A stretch of 64,000 bases of DNA from the human T2T-CHM13v2.0 reference genome, Homo sapiens (GCF_009914755.1 NC_060926.1); one strand, 5' to 3'. Counted from the first letter of the stretch, positions 1 through 14,557 are shown. Translations and numbers: made by a program. The notes: a model not told the origin generated them from the sequence alone.

Positions 1-192
1 AAGGAAATAAAAGAGGATACAAACAAATGGAAGAACATTCCATGCTCATGGGTAGGAAGAATCAATATCATGAAAATGGCCATACTGTCCAAGGTAATTT
101 ATAGATTCAATGCCATCCCCATCAAGCTACCAATGACTTTCTTCACAGAACTGGGAAAAAACTACCTTAAAGTTCATATGGAACCAAAAAAG
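1..192 (+). mobile_element. L1PA (primate LINE-1) ORF2 fragment, continuing off the left edge
   Basis: Frame 1 reads [51 protein letters not shown], i.e. L1 ORF2p. It stops abruptly at 192. Confidence 0.93.
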
Positions 193-1354
193 TGACTCCT
201 TTTCTGTCACTTTCAGAACCTGTTCTCATTCGTGGCTTGCTCTACTCCGAATGCCTAAAACTTGGATCTCACTGCATATGCCACTGTGGACCCCCTTTGC
301 CACTCCTTGATGGCTGCCGTGGAGGTCAGGGTTCTGAGAGCCACCTACAGTCCTCAGAGCACTCCTTCCTTTTGTGATGAAGGTGATCATCAGGATGCCA
401 CTCAACGTTAGCTGCATCTGTCTGGCCTGAGCCTCAGATTCCTCTTCCGCAAAATGGAATAATAATATCTGTTCCATAGATGGTTCCAAAAGATGATGTG
501 CCTCATCCATGATAGTTCTTGTCCAGTCACAATATGATCATGGCCCCTTGGAAGGTTTCATTCTGAAAGGCAATGAGTGTACCTCAACTTTTGGTTTATC
601 ATTTATAAGTTTTGATTATATGGGGGGCATTTGAAGCAAATACCTTAGGGGTGACACTGATTCTGTCAGGGCCTGAACCGTTTGAGAAATAGGCAAGAGC
701 AGACTCCCTAATCAAACTTGCACATCCTCAAGGCAGCTGATTTCTGTGTTAGGAGAAAAGCAATCTTCTTGAGCAAATGTGTGAAGAGGAATTTTCACTT
801 CTGAGGCTCTTCATTAAGTCTATTTCAGGAATCTTAGCAAAGGGACTGAAAAATTCCAGATCCTATGGGGGTGGGATTGCACTGGGACAAGCAGAAGCTG
901 GCCAGGCCTGCCAGGAGTTTGCCTTGCAAGTCAGACCTGTTAGGCAGCCCCTGCTTTTTGGCATTTTCTTCCCTTCGCTATTCTTGGAGTTATGGCTTCT
1001 CAGAAACACAAGTGACCAGGCAAGCAGGCGTTACAATGGCTGTGTGGGTTGTTTGTGATCTGCAGCTCTTCCATATGGAGATCTCTTCAGGAAGCAGCCT
1101 TCCCTTTGTCCTTTCCCTGTATGCACACAAGAATATGGGCACCACAGAGACTGAGCTTCAGATCCATTTGAACAAACTTTACTGCACTCCTATGGCAAAC
1201 ACTTTAGTTCCCAGGTGCAGCAGAGTATTCACTCATGAATAAGACAGATCCCTGCCCTCTAAAAAGAAAATCAATAGGTATCCACCAGGTATAAAGTAAG
1301 AAAGACGGTGATAACTATACTAATACAGATAAAAACATAGTGCTTTGTTATAAA

Positions 1355-1854
1355 TGGTGCTATATTATTATTGTGGTCACAAACTTTGTGGCTTAAAACA
1401 ACAGAAATTTATTCTCTCATACGCAGCCTAAAGTCTGAAATGAGTCTTATAAGGCAACAATCAAGGAGTCAGAAGGGCTAGGTTTTCTCTGGAGTCTCCA
1501 GGGAGAGTCCATTCCTTGACTCTTCCAGTATCTAGTGGCAGCTAGATACTGCCTGACTTGCAGCCACATCTCTCCAATCTTTGCCTCTGTGGTTCTTGCC
1601 TTCTCCTTTTCTTTGTGAAATCTCCTGCTTATAAAGAAATATGCAATTGCATTTTGGTCCCACCTGGATAAGAAAACATGCAATTGAATTTTGAGCCTAT
1701 CTGGATAAGCTAAGGGAATCTTACCATTTTAAGATACCTAAAGCAATCACACCTACTAAGTCCTTTTTTGCTATACATGAGAACAATCACAGGTTCTAAG
1801 GATGAGGTGGTGGTGGATACCTTTTGGATGGAGGGCATTATTCAGTCCACTACA
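1355..1854 (-). mobile_element. MaLR solo LTR (MLT1C/D-like)
   Basis: gtggcttaaaacaacagaaatttattctctca...tccattccttgactcttccag...ttattcagtccactaca, typical of MLT1 in reverse. Confidence 0.75.
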
Positions 1855-1900
1855 GGTGCCACCCTCATTTTGCTGCTCACCCCCCACATAGTCTGTAGCT

Positions 1901-2198
1901 ATGCTGTCCAATATGGCAGCCACTAGTCACATGTAGCTACTGAGCACTTGAAATGTGGCTGGTCTGAATTGAAAAGTGTTGTAAGTATAAACTACACAAT
2001 CCATTTTGAAGTGTTAATAAAAAAGTATAAATTTCTCAATAATGTTTATGTTGATTACATGTTGAAATAACATTTTAGATATATTAGGTTAAAGAAAATA
2101 TATTATTAAAATTATCACTTTTTTAACTTTTTAAATGCAACTACTAGACAATCTAAAATTACATGTGTGGCTTGTATTATATTTCTACAGGGTGGTGT
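1901..2198 (-). mobile_element. MER33 (hAT-Charlie)
   Basis: tgctgtccaatatggcagccactagtcacatgtagctactgagcacttgaaatgtggct... matches MER33 in reverse. Confidence 0.75.
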
Positions 2199-2214
2199 TC
2201 TATACTATCAACAA

Positions 2215-2366
2215 CAGTAATTCTCAAATTGCTGCATATCAGAATCATGTGGACAGTTTTGAAATACCTAGTGTCCAGACTGCACCCCAGACAAACTAAA
2301 TCTAGTGAGGGGCCATCTGAAACTCCCCAGGTAATTCCAGTATGCAGCCAAGATTGACAATCCATG
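2215..2366. mobile_element. MER5A-like hAT element
   Basis: cagtaattctcaaa...atcagaatca...ctccccaggtaattcc...tgcagccaagattgacaatccatg. Confidence 0.6.
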
Positions 2367-3487
2367 CAGTAGAGACCTGGAGGAAAGTTAATAATACAGA
2401 TAGCATTACTGGTCCAGGGATTATTACACAGAGATATGCCAATTTTCTTTACAAACAACAGGAGATACAGGCTCCTAAAGTACCCTCTGCTTTATGCTTT
2501 TCTCTCTGGAATGCATGCTTCAACTTACCCATAGAGTGTAGCTGTGAGTCTAGGGTTCGGGAGGGGGCAGAACAGCTGTTTCCATGAGCCAAAAGACACC
2601 TGGCATCTTAACAATCTGAGAGGCAGGCTGGCTGGACCTCTCTTCTTTGCGTACTCCTGGTGGTTAGATAAACCCTTCCCTGGCCATTTCTGCCATAGTA
2701 CCTGGGGGAACAAAATAGGATAAAAGGCAGCAAGCTCCTAAATGTTCAGTTTGTAGGGCTAGATAAGGCAAAGCACTTTGGGAGTAGCTCACAGTGGAAG
2801 TATCTCTGGGGCCATCCATCAATAACATTACCACCAGAGGTTTCTGTTATTTTAGGGGAATTCCCAGCTACTTACTAGTTCCACACAATGACGGTGTTCT
2901 CTGCATCTCAACTCAGAATTAGGTAACAAAGCTAAAATTGAATGTACTTCTGTAGAGTTTTGAGGTATTGCCTGGGAAATTGGTTCTTGATGGAGCAAGA
3001 CAGGGCGTTTTAGTGGCTGCCTGTGTTATTTGTTGCAACACAGAAAAATGAGATAAACCTCAGCCTTGTTTGTATATATGATATTTATGTCTGGCATCAA
3101 CATAAAATAAGCTCATTGCCTGAAGTGCATTTTTTGCAGAGATTTGAGGCTAACTTGTTAAAGCATCATATTATCCAACACTTAAACAATTTTGAAATAT
3201 TAAAAAAATTTCCGAACTACGTATCACTCTTCTGACTTCCAAATATACTAAACAGTAATGATATTTTCAAAAGGAAGAGATCTTGTGTATGTGTTTGGGT
3301 GGTGACCCAACCCAAACAAGAAAGATATTTTAAAAAATCAGAATGAAGGCCCTTGGAAAACTTGTTCTCTCCTCCCTTCCCCCTTCTTTCTTTCCTCCTT
3401 CCCTCCTGTATTTATTGAATACTAACTCTGTGTTAGGAAATAGACCTTGTCTTCGGGAGCTTAGGAGCTAAAAGAGGAAAAAGACAT

Positions 3488-3913
3488 TGTCTTAGTCCAT
3501 TTATTCTGCTATAAGAAAATACCTTAGACTAGGTACTTTATAAATATTAGAAATGTATGTCTCATATTTCTGGGGGCTGGGAAGTCCAAGATCAAGAGTC
3601 CAGTAGATTCAGTGTCTGGTGAAGGCTCACTCTCTGCTTCACAGACGGCCCCTCTTACTGTGTCCTCACATGGTGGAAAGGCAAAAGGGGCAAAAAGGGA
3701 CAAATGCTGTTTCCCCATCCGGTAGAAGAGAAGGGTGGGCAAAAAGGGACAAACTTGCTCTCTCAAGTCCTTTTATAAGGGCACTAATCCCATCCATGAG
3801 GGCAGAGCCCTCACAGCCTAATCACCTTCCCAAGGCCCCCTCTTAATGCCATTACCTTAAGGTTTAAGTTTCAACATATGAATATCGGAGGGACACATGT
3901 TCAAGCCAAAGCA
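3488..3913 (-). mobile_element. MaLR solo LTR (MST family)
   Basis: tgtcttagtcc...ggctgggaagtccaagatcaag...gtcctcacatggtggaa...catgagggcagagccctc...ttcaagccaaagca. Confidence 0.85.
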
Positions 3914-4919
3914 GATACCAAAGTAAATGAGAGACAGAAAACATTATAGGGTCTATAATTGAAGATGAGACCCTTCTCCCCCTCCCTCCCTCCCTTCCTC
4001 TCTTTTCTGCCTTACTAAAAATGCCAGCAGTAACTTGCAAAGATACATACACATAAGGTTAAAAAGAAGAAACTGTGAGGGAGAAATTTGAAAGTGAGAA
4101 AATGATGGAAGTCAGGTTAGTCAACAGATTACATTCCTTAAGTTTTCTCTAAATTATTGAAGGTGGGCCACAAATTTAGATCTAACTTCCTAGAAGCCAG
4201 CACAAAGAGGAATACATAACCAATTGCAAAATTCAGTGTCCATAGGATGAAAATTATGTAGTTCCCCCAAAGAACCACAGGGATTAGGTGCAGTTTTTAT
4301 AAGGTATTATGGGATGTCGTGAGCAATGTCCTCAGTAACATCCCTAATGGCACCAAGGAGTTTTGTAGAGCATGACAAAAATTTGTATGGTTTGGAGAAA
4401 GCAGAAAAGAGATAATATTAAATCCTGGCCGGAGCTAAACCCTTTTGTTGGGATTGGACTGGATTAGTTTGAGCCTCTGCTTATATTTTCCTGTAATTCA
4501 GCATTCTATTTTAGGTACTGCACTAGGGGTATGCACTGGAGGTTATGGGAGTGGAGAGGGACACTCACCTTTGCCTCTGCCAGGGAAATGTGGGCTGATG
4601 CCAGCACTCTGGATAAGATGATGCCTTTTGAAGGATCTGGTTGGAAGTTATTCAGAAGGATAAGGCAAGGAAGGCATTTCATGCATGAGAAAAGAGCATC
4701 AGTGTGGTACGGAGGTATATTGAATGCTGACAGGGAGCTACAAGGCAGTTTAGAACTGAAAAAGTATGAAATATGAGGCAGGCAAAGTATGGTAGGAGTT
4801 GGAGCTGAAAAAGTAAGCAAGCATCAGACTGTGTCCATCTTACATGCTCTGCTAAGAAATGTAGCTTCACTCCACAGAAAGGTGCTGAGATGCCCCCAAA
4901 GGGATTTAGGCAGGGGAGT

Positions 4920-5705
<786 letters not shown>

Positions 5706-6068
5706 GGGGTAAAGTAGCTAGACTTGACTTTTTGAGATGATTCACTTGGGAAGTTGTGTGGAAAGCAGATTCGAGAGAGGTGATGCAGTAGTCAGAGGGA
5801 CCAGTGAGAAGGGCCAGGTGAGACTTAGTGAGAACCTAGGCTGAGTAACAGTGAGCTGGGGGGAAATAGAGTTGACTGAAGAAAATTATATGATATAAAA
5901 CCATCAGGACTAAAGACGTAGGGTCATTTATGGCTGGTTTTCAGAAATCTCCATTTAATATACCCAACTTAAAACACTGTCCTAGCTTCCCTTGCAGCTG
6001 GGAGGTGATTATATGGTAAGCTCTGCCTATTAGAACATAAACAAAATTCACTGGGTCAATTACCAGGA

Positions 6069-6366
6069 TTTTTTTTTTTTTTTTTGAGACAGGGTCTCAC
6101 TCTTTCGACCAGAGTGGAGTGCAGTGGCACGATCCTGGCTCACCACAACCTCCGCGTCCCAGGCTCAAGCGATTCTCCTGCCTCAGCCTCCCGATAGCTG
6201 GGATTATAGGCACGCACCACCATGCCCAGCTAATTTTTGTATTTTTAGTAAAGATGGGGTTTCACCATATTGGCCAGGCTGGTCTTGAATTCCTGACCTC
6301 AAATGATCCACCTGCATCGGACGCCCAAAGTGCTGGGATTACAGTTATGAGCCACCGCCCCCGGCC
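6069..6366 (-). mobile_element. Alu (AluS/J)
   Basis: Poly-T plus full-length Alu in reverse. TSD accagga (6062 / 6367). Confidence 0.93.
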
Positions 6367-7295
6367 ACCAGGAAAAGTTTTTAAAGGGGCATGTGCCCCT
6401 TTGCAGTTGTTATTACCTTCTTCCTGCCTTACACGTAGCTGGATGGCTAGAGTTCCACCAACCATGTTATGGACACGAGGCAATCATCCCAAAGGGGACT
6501 GAGCTGAGAGAAGGAGCCTAAGATTTTGACGACCTCATGAAGATACCATACCAGCCCTCAGCTGCCTCTCTTTAGAATACCAGGTAGGTGAGAAAAAATA
6601 AATGACTTTTTTAAAGTGACTGTTTTTTGAGTTTCTGTTTTTAGCAGTCAAATGAAGCTCCTGACACCATACATGACCTTAGCAACATGAAGCAACATTA
6701 TTCATTCATGCAGATAATTATTATTCTGAATCAATGACCAAAATTAGAAACATGAAAACCTTAAGGTGATCTAGCTCAACTGTAATCCACTGCTAGTGTA
6801 TATAATTTGTGGAGACTTTTTTTTTTTTTTTGGCTTTCCTTCTTCCTTGTCTTCCCAACACAAGTCTAATTTTTCCTCTCAGCCATCTCTCTGATTTCTC
6901 ATATCTATTTGGTGTTAACTGATCAGAGGGAGTTAGCAGAGAAGGGGGCTGGCTGTTTCATTTTAGAATACGACTCTTGAAGAACCCGTGATGGAGGAAT
7001 AAACAGAAGTCCTGGTTCCTATTTCTAGACAAGAGGCTGCCCAATGTAATATGTAATATCAGTAATAGTAAGGTTGCATTTCTGTAGGGTGGCTCGATCA
7101 AGCGCTTCTTGTATACCATATCATTAGCTGCCCGAGGGCCAGTAAGGTCGGATGGTTTGTTCAAGGACAAGAACTAACAAGTAACAGAGATAGGACTTAT
7201 CTTTTTCTGACCTTCACTTTCCCTTTCTGTGACAAAACTGGTCTTAGGAACTGTGTTGAGCAGAGCCTTCTGTGGGCGTGAGAGCGGCTTGGAGG

Positions 7296-7762
7296 TGTCA
7301 AAGAAAAATTGCATCCGATATAGTTAAACAGACAAGGGGGAATTATTCAAGGCTATTGCAATAGGGAAGAGAGAGAGGGAGGGAGAGGGGAACTAGTAGA
7401 AGACTAGTGGAGGAGATTAGGATGGGAAGTTGGTCAGTGTAATGAGGCCATTTGTGTTTCCTAATTGGAACTTATTAAAGTTAGGCTCCTCCTCTCCACA
7501 AACACTAGGAGATAGGGACCCTTTTTTCCTTGATGATTACATTTCAAAGGGATGCCTCACAGATCCCTGAGAAAGATCCCCAGGCTGTAAAACCCAGCAA
7601 GAGGCGGAGAGATTTACATGTCAAAGGGTCAGAGGAAACATTCACCAATGGAAGTTGGCTAAAGTAAATGCTCTGAGAAAAGGAAGGTCTGGGGCCTACA
7701 GTTAGGAAGAAACCTGTCTAAAGTTTAGTTAAGCTGAGGGGAATGTTAAGGCCATTTGGTCA
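7296..7762 (-). mobile_element. ERV1 solo LTR (MER67-like)
   Basis: TG...CA termini. The reverse complement begins TGACCAAATGGCCTTAACATTCCCCTCAGCTTAACTAAACTTTAGACAGGTTTCTTCC, as recalled for MER67. Confidence 0.7.
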
Positions 7763-9324
7763 CCGTAAGCAGTACCACATTTCCTTGCCTCTCCCGGGAG
7801 CCAGGTCTCAGTGTCCCCAATAGGGGACACGCACTGACCGGCGGGTGAAGGGACTGATTTTGATTATCATCCTACCAGATAGAGATTATTCCCTCTGCAC
7901 CCGGGTTAACTGAAACCCGGTGGGGGTAGATCCTTGCCATTTTCCGGCCCTGTACCCCACTGGAAATAACATGCGGTGGTCAAGGGCATCCACCTCTTTA
8001 GGCAAAAGCATGTTTTCAGCCCAGAGACGATTCCACCCAACTTTACAAGAGGATAGCCCAAAGATAGAAGCCAGGGACTCAGACTTCCTCCTTCCAGAAA
8101 TAACCATCATAAAAAAGCCGACCCAGTAAACGCCTGGCAGCCTGCGGCATAGAAGAAAATGGAAATCTCCTTGGCTGGCATTTCAGCTTGCCTGAGGGGG
8201 CTTGCTTTGCTCCGAGGGGAGGTGACTGTGCTGACCTTAAAATCCAGGTTTCAGGAAGCAGGAGATGAAGGTATTTTATTTTCGCCTAAAGGCTTTGATA
8301 TTTTTCAAATAAAAATTTAAAAGATCCAGTACCTTCTCCCGAAGCTTCTTCATAGAGTAGTGGATTTTTAGAAAACACAAAGGCCTAGGGGTGGGGCGAG
8401 AGTGGGGGGTGGGGATGGGTAGCCCCATAAGAGCAGTGCCCTGACGCCTCTTTTCGCCCTTTTCAGACCATTTGGATTTTCTTAAGCTGCCCCTTTCCCC
8501 AACCCCCGTTTTTGCCATTTGCCTCTCCTCCCATTCTCCAAAGTGCAAATAACTGGTTATCCCTCAGGTCCTGCTACCCCATCTTTCCTGATCCCCGATC
8601 CCTCCAAATACGAAGCACCTCGCATTTGGGTCAGCAGCTGTTTCCCCTGCCTGGTGACAAGGCCGGTGTGCAGAGGGCAGAGGAGGGAGCTTCTTCCGCC
8701 ACACGGTGGCGCGCGCGAGCCTCCCAAAGACCGGGCGGCCACAGCTCCTCACCTTCTCCCCATTCCAGCCCCACCCGCGCCCGGGCGCAGAAAGAGCCGC
8801 GCCCCCAGCCCTCCCGGGCAGGACAGCCGGGAGCGCACCTCGAGGGCCCGGGCAGCGGTCGAGTGGCAGCTGCGTCCAGCCCATGCGGGAGCTGCTGCGG
8901 GTTACGGGTGGCCCCAGCTCCAGGCTCCTCCTCCAGCCGGTCCCCCACCCTCCACCCCTTCTCGACTCCGCTCTGCAAATCGAAGGCTTTCCGGAGCAGC
9001 CTAGGAGCGGCCGCGGGCGCAGCGAAGGCGGCAGGAGGAGCGCAGCAGCCTTCGGGCAGCCGCGGCGGCGTCGCTAGAGCAGCCGGGGAGGCGCCGCGGT
9101 GCCCGGCGCGCCCTCCAAGCTAGGAGAGGGGAGAAGCCGGGGGCTGCAGCTGGGCAAGGGGGAGGAAAGTGCGTGTGCGTGCACGCCTGTGTGCAGGGCA
9201 GAGAGTGCGGGGGGCGACAGTCTCGGCTTAGGGCGGAGGAGAGGGCAGGGGAACGGCGGTGCAGCTCCCCCGCTGTCCCCGAGGATTTCCCGCGGCAGCC
9301 CCGGGCTCCCCAGTGCCCCTCACC

Positions 9325-9423
9325 ATGGACTTGCGCGGAGTTGGGACGGGCCTCGGCAGCAGCAAGCGGCTGGCTGCCGGGCCCTGGGGGAGCGCGGGCG
9401 CGCGCGCGGGGATGGCGAGGTAG
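9325..9423 (+). other. uORF1, 32 aa (MDLRGVGTGLGSSKRLAAGPWGSAGARAGMAR*), out of frame with the CDS
   Basis: CACCATGG strong Kozak at 9325, internal ATG at 9412, TAG at 9421-9423. Requires a TSS upstream of 9325. Confidence 0.55.
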
Positions 9424-9424
9424 G

Positions 9425-9484
9425 ATGGCCACCCAGCGCGACCCCCGCCGCCCCAACCCAGCGGCCCCTGGGCGGTGCCGCTGA
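9425..9484 (+). other. uORF2, 19 aa (MATQRDPRRPNPAAPGRCR*), in frame with the CDS
   Basis: AGGATGG strong Kozak, TGA at 9482-9484. 9593-9425 = 168 nt, so it shares the frame of the main ATG. Confidence 0.55.
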
Positions 9485-9967
<483 letters not shown>

Positions 9968-11235
9968 TGACCCTCCCCTTCTCCCGGTCGGCACCCCCTA
10001 CCCCCAGTCCCCAGCCCCTGTGTAACTTTTCCAAACTTCGGAGGCGTCTGCTCCCCTCCTCTCCCCAACACGGGGCGCTCCACTGTCTGGCTGTTCGGGG
10101 AGGCGCTGAGGACGCTGGAAAGCAGGGAGGGAGGTGAAGGGCACGCGAACCTTTCATTTCTTAGGGAGGCTGGAAAATCTGTGCCTGGGGAGCCGGGTTT
10201 CAGTCAGTTAGGCGGAAAGGCCAGTGAGGGGGTGAATCCAGGGGATCTTCGCCTTGGAGGGTCGGGAATGCGGCTGCTCTGGGCCAGCAGCTCTTGGGCG
10301 GGCAGAGGGCGAGGAAAGGGCGCCACTGCCAGGGAGAGCGGCTGGCGGGGCGCCCGGGAGAAGCAGCGGGCGCCACCCTCAGAGCAGTCTTGTGTCACCG
10401 GGTACATAGGAGTTCAAGCTCTGCCTTCACGTCTTCTCCCAATTCCTGTGCTTTCCCTCTCCCGGAGTTTGGAAGGCATCCCCTGGAGTTGCCTTACTCC
10501 CCTTCCCACTTAACCCCAGGTTGACTGGGGGAAAGAGGAGGAGCAAAGAGACTCAGTATGGAAGGAGCAGCATTTTGACAGAGTACCCCAAGTGTTGGTC
10601 AGTGATGGTTTCTTTCTGAGCCAGCCCCCCTGCCACCCTCTTCTAGGAAAAGAAGGGAAACGTACCCCAAGCCCACTAACTTTCTTTTCTCCTTGGAGAG
10701 CGCCGGGTCTGCGAGGAGTGTGCCTGCCCAGCTGCAGTACACTAGTGGCCGGGAACCGCCCTGCTGGCGAGCACCACAAACTTCCTCTCCTTCCAGCTAG
10801 CGCTGGTGCCTCCTGGTATTCCTTCCTCTCATTGTTCTGCTTTGTTTGTAGGAAGCCAGACACAAACGAAATCACTGCAGGGACTTCAGGGAGCAAATTC
10901 CCGAAGGCACAAGCTGTTCTTTTCCCCTTTCCACTCCTATCCCCACATATCAGGCAGTAGATGCTGTTCCGGAATTGCCTCAGTGCTCCAGCTCTGGGAT
11001 TCTGGGGCAAGAAAGAGTGGGAAGAGTGGAATGCTCAAGGCTCACCTATGTGCTGGGCCCAGTTCAGGTGGAGATGGCCGTCTCCCGAGGCCGAAAGTCA
11101 TTGTCATATAGTCCCTAGAGTGGGTGCAGGTAGGAAGATTCCTCCAGTCAGAAAAATGCCAAGGCTTACTCTCTCCTGTGGTTGAATTCATTACTAACAG
11201 AGTGTTTATTAAGTGCCAGTCTCTTTGGGGAATAG

Positions 11236-11440
11236 AGGCAGGCTAGTGTAGTAGGAAGATGATCTCAGAGGTGGGTTTGAATTCTAGAAACCTCATTTGC
11301 CAGGAGGGTGAGCTTGGGTAATTACTTTCTCAGATCCTCCTTTTATTCACCAATACAATGCAATGATAATAACTTTCTGAGGGTGTTATGGCAATAAGTT
11401 ATGATTATGTAGGGGAAGGTTTAATACTTGACTATAAAAT
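11236..11440 (+). mobile_element. MIR
   Basis: gggtttgaattc...gagcttgggtaattactt...ctcag...ataataac...gggtgttatg. Confidence 0.6.
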
Positions 11441-14265
11441 GGTAGTTACTGTCATCAGGAAAGGACTTACAAATCTATGGCTGTGTGTCCCCAAGATTTT
11501 GGTTTCTTAGGCAGAGCTGGACAAGGGGGCATTAGTTTGTCATCCTCTAATTTGAGTTTCTTCCATGGTCTGAACAATAGTGTGATTTAGAAGAGTTGGA
11601 AGAGTTATTATTAAATGTTTTAATAGTATGGAGCATCAAAATAATAGCTCAGAAACACTTGAAAGTTCCTTTAGGTTATGTGGATTGACTGTGTGTGATG
11701 TCTGTGTGTGGGTAGGGGAGGGGAATGGTAGAGTGGGTTGGTAGAGTGCCTGGGCTTCATTCCAGTAGCTTCATGTAGAGAAGTAGCTATTAGGTCAGCT
11801 AAAGGCCCGTACACCCAAGTAAGAAAGTCTCCTTGTGATCTAGATTCATGACCTGGCATTAAAAGACTTGCCAGTCTACTTCCTTATCAAGTTCAGAAAT
11901 GATGGGGGCAGGTTGCTTTCTGATGCAGCTTCTACTCTTCTCATGTCATCCCTGGGCTGCTGCAAGGAGCGGACTCCCAGGCTTCTGGCCCACCCTGGGT
12001 GTGCTGTGGTTTTACTCTTTGGAGAGGCCAGCCTTCTCCCTTCTCTTTTTTATTTTGGCTCAGAGCTTCCTTGGACACCATAGTAATCCATAAATGTGGT
12101 TGATTGAATAAATGATGGGTACATATATTTATTTTGGCTTAACTGGAAGAAAAGAAGTATTTTTTTTTGTTAAGGGCGTGGGGGAGCGTCTGAGGGCTTG
12201 GCATTCTCAGTTGAGAACTATAAATGTAGGGGAATTAAGACCATAATACATTTTCTTTTTTATGCCTCTTTCTATGAGCTGACTTTGAAATTGCATCTAA
12301 ATATTTGTAAGGCTACCAGGTGTTATTGTAGCTGTGGACACAGGAGATGGCAGCATCAGTTCTTTACTTTTCAGGGGCCTGTGGCCGGGTCCTAGCACTG
12401 ATTGACTTGTTTGTGTTTAGATATTTGGGAGGCAGGGCAGTGCAGGGGCCCTGAGAAGTGGAAAGATAAAGAATTTGGATTCTGATAATTTGGGCAGCTT
12501 TGGCCAATTGTTAAACTCTCTGTCTCTCGGTTTTCTCATCTGCTCATGGGGATTTTAATTCCACATGAGGTTTTATGAGGATGAAATATACCATAGATGA
12601 AGAAACCCCAGTGAAGTTAGATAGTTTTCTCAAGGTCACACAGACATAAAGTGTTCAAAATCGGCCTGCTTTCCTTTTCTTTTGGCTAGTTGACATTCTT
12701 TGCTTAGAATGTGTGGTCCTGGAAGGGGTGGATGAGGGAGATTCTAGTTAGGGTTATGTTGTAAGGAACTGGATTCCTGAGAACCATGTCTTTGGACTGC
12801 TGAGCATATACCAACACTTCAGGCTGCTCTGACCCAGTATCCCAGTTGGGGGCTGATTCGGGATGAATCTCTGTAGATTTGTTTTCTTCATTGCATTAAT
12901 TTCCCTCCTTGGTTCCTAACCCAACCACCGACCCGCCCACCACCCTGCTCTGCAGTGAAGCAAAATAACAAATTAAAACAATTATTTAACTGTAGATACA
13001 GTACTTGATAGTCTTCAGGCATAAGATTGAAATTTTGGTTGGTGTGCTACGAAGTGGACTTAACCTTTTAAAAGTCCACTTAGACACTTGGATAATTTCT
13101 GGTGGCCGGTGGCAATGTTAAAAGGACACCTAGTGTTTTGCAAAAGAAAGCCCAAGTCTTAGTGAGGCAGATTTGAAGAAGCTGGATCACAAGGTTATTA
13201 TCAAGCTGGCTGCTTAGCTGTTCATCAGAAGGCAAAGGAAATAGCTCAGAACTGAATAGTAAATAATATTCTCAAGAAAACTAATAATAGAAAGAGGGAA
13301 CTGTGATATAGAAATGGGAGTGGGCCAATACTCACTCCTATCTACTCCATCTGGAGTGCTGAGAAGTGTATGTTTCACTCCTTTTGGAAAAGGCATTAGC
13401 TCCGTGAAGCCGAGGGTAGCACCAGTCCTGTTTACTTTCCAGCTCTAGAGAAATCAGAAGTAGCTGTAGCATAGTCAAAGGGAAGTATTTTCCTATGAAA
13501 ATTTGTTTAGATGAAAGAGAACATGACTTGAGCTTTCTATCAAATGCCAGGATTAAACTAAATGTTGAATAATTTTTGGAGCTTAGAAAGATTAATTTTC
13601 TTTGTTATTGTTTTCTCCAAATATCCACAGCTTCTGATTTCCTGTAAAGCATCAGTATCAAGGGATAGTTTATTTTCTTACTACTGTAGGCTCTGACATA
13701 GCTAGTGCTTGCTGAAAACAATAAGAAATTCTTCTCAGTAGCTATAGCTGTAGCCTGTTTTGGCCAGAGGCCTGGAGCTTTATATGGTTGATCAGTCCAT
13801 AAACACATATTGAGTGTCCACTGTATGCAAGGCACCATGCCAGATATGTTGCATATTCAAAGAAAGACTTTTGGAATAGACCCTGCTCTCCAGAAGCTAA
13901 GATGTCCACATTAGAAAGGAGAAAAAATTGATGTCTAGTGATTGTTCTAGCTAGAGTGTGATACAGGCCTTAAACAGTGAGTGGGAAAGTTACTTCATTC
14001 ATTCATTCATGGGTACTTTTCTGTGCCGGGGGAAACTTCTCAGAGGAATCTCTCCTCTTAGGTTCATATGGGGTAGAAGATGATATTTTCTAGTTGGAAT
14101 GCACAGACGTAATCATAGCTCATAATTAGCTGGCAACTAAAGGTGGAAAGGCAAGGGACAGCCTTTCAGGCCTGGCTGAGGGTCTTATTCATTTTCCCTG
14201 GCAAAGGAAAGGTGATGGGGATTGATAAACAGGAGAGGCAAAACATGCACGGGGTATTTTTGGTG

Positions 14266-14557
14266 TTTTTTTTTTTTTTTGAGACAAGGTCTCACTCTGT
14301 TGCCCAGGCTGTAGTGTATCGTGATCTTGGCTCACTGCAGCCTCCTCCTCCCTGGTTCAAGCAATTCTCCTGCCTCAGGTTCCTGGGTACCTGGGATTAC
14401 AGGCACGTGTCACCATGCTTGGCTAATTTTTGTATTTTTAGTAGAGACAGGTTTCACCACGTTGGCCAGACTGGTCTTGAACTCCTGACCTCAAGTGATC
14501 TGCCCACCTCGGCCTCCCAAAGTGTTGGGATTACAGATATGAGCCATTGAACCCAGG
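14266..14557 (-). mobile_element. Alu (AluS) in intron 1
   Basis: Poly-T plus Alu in reverse (ctcaagtgatctgcccacctcggcctcccaaagtg). Confidence 0.92.
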
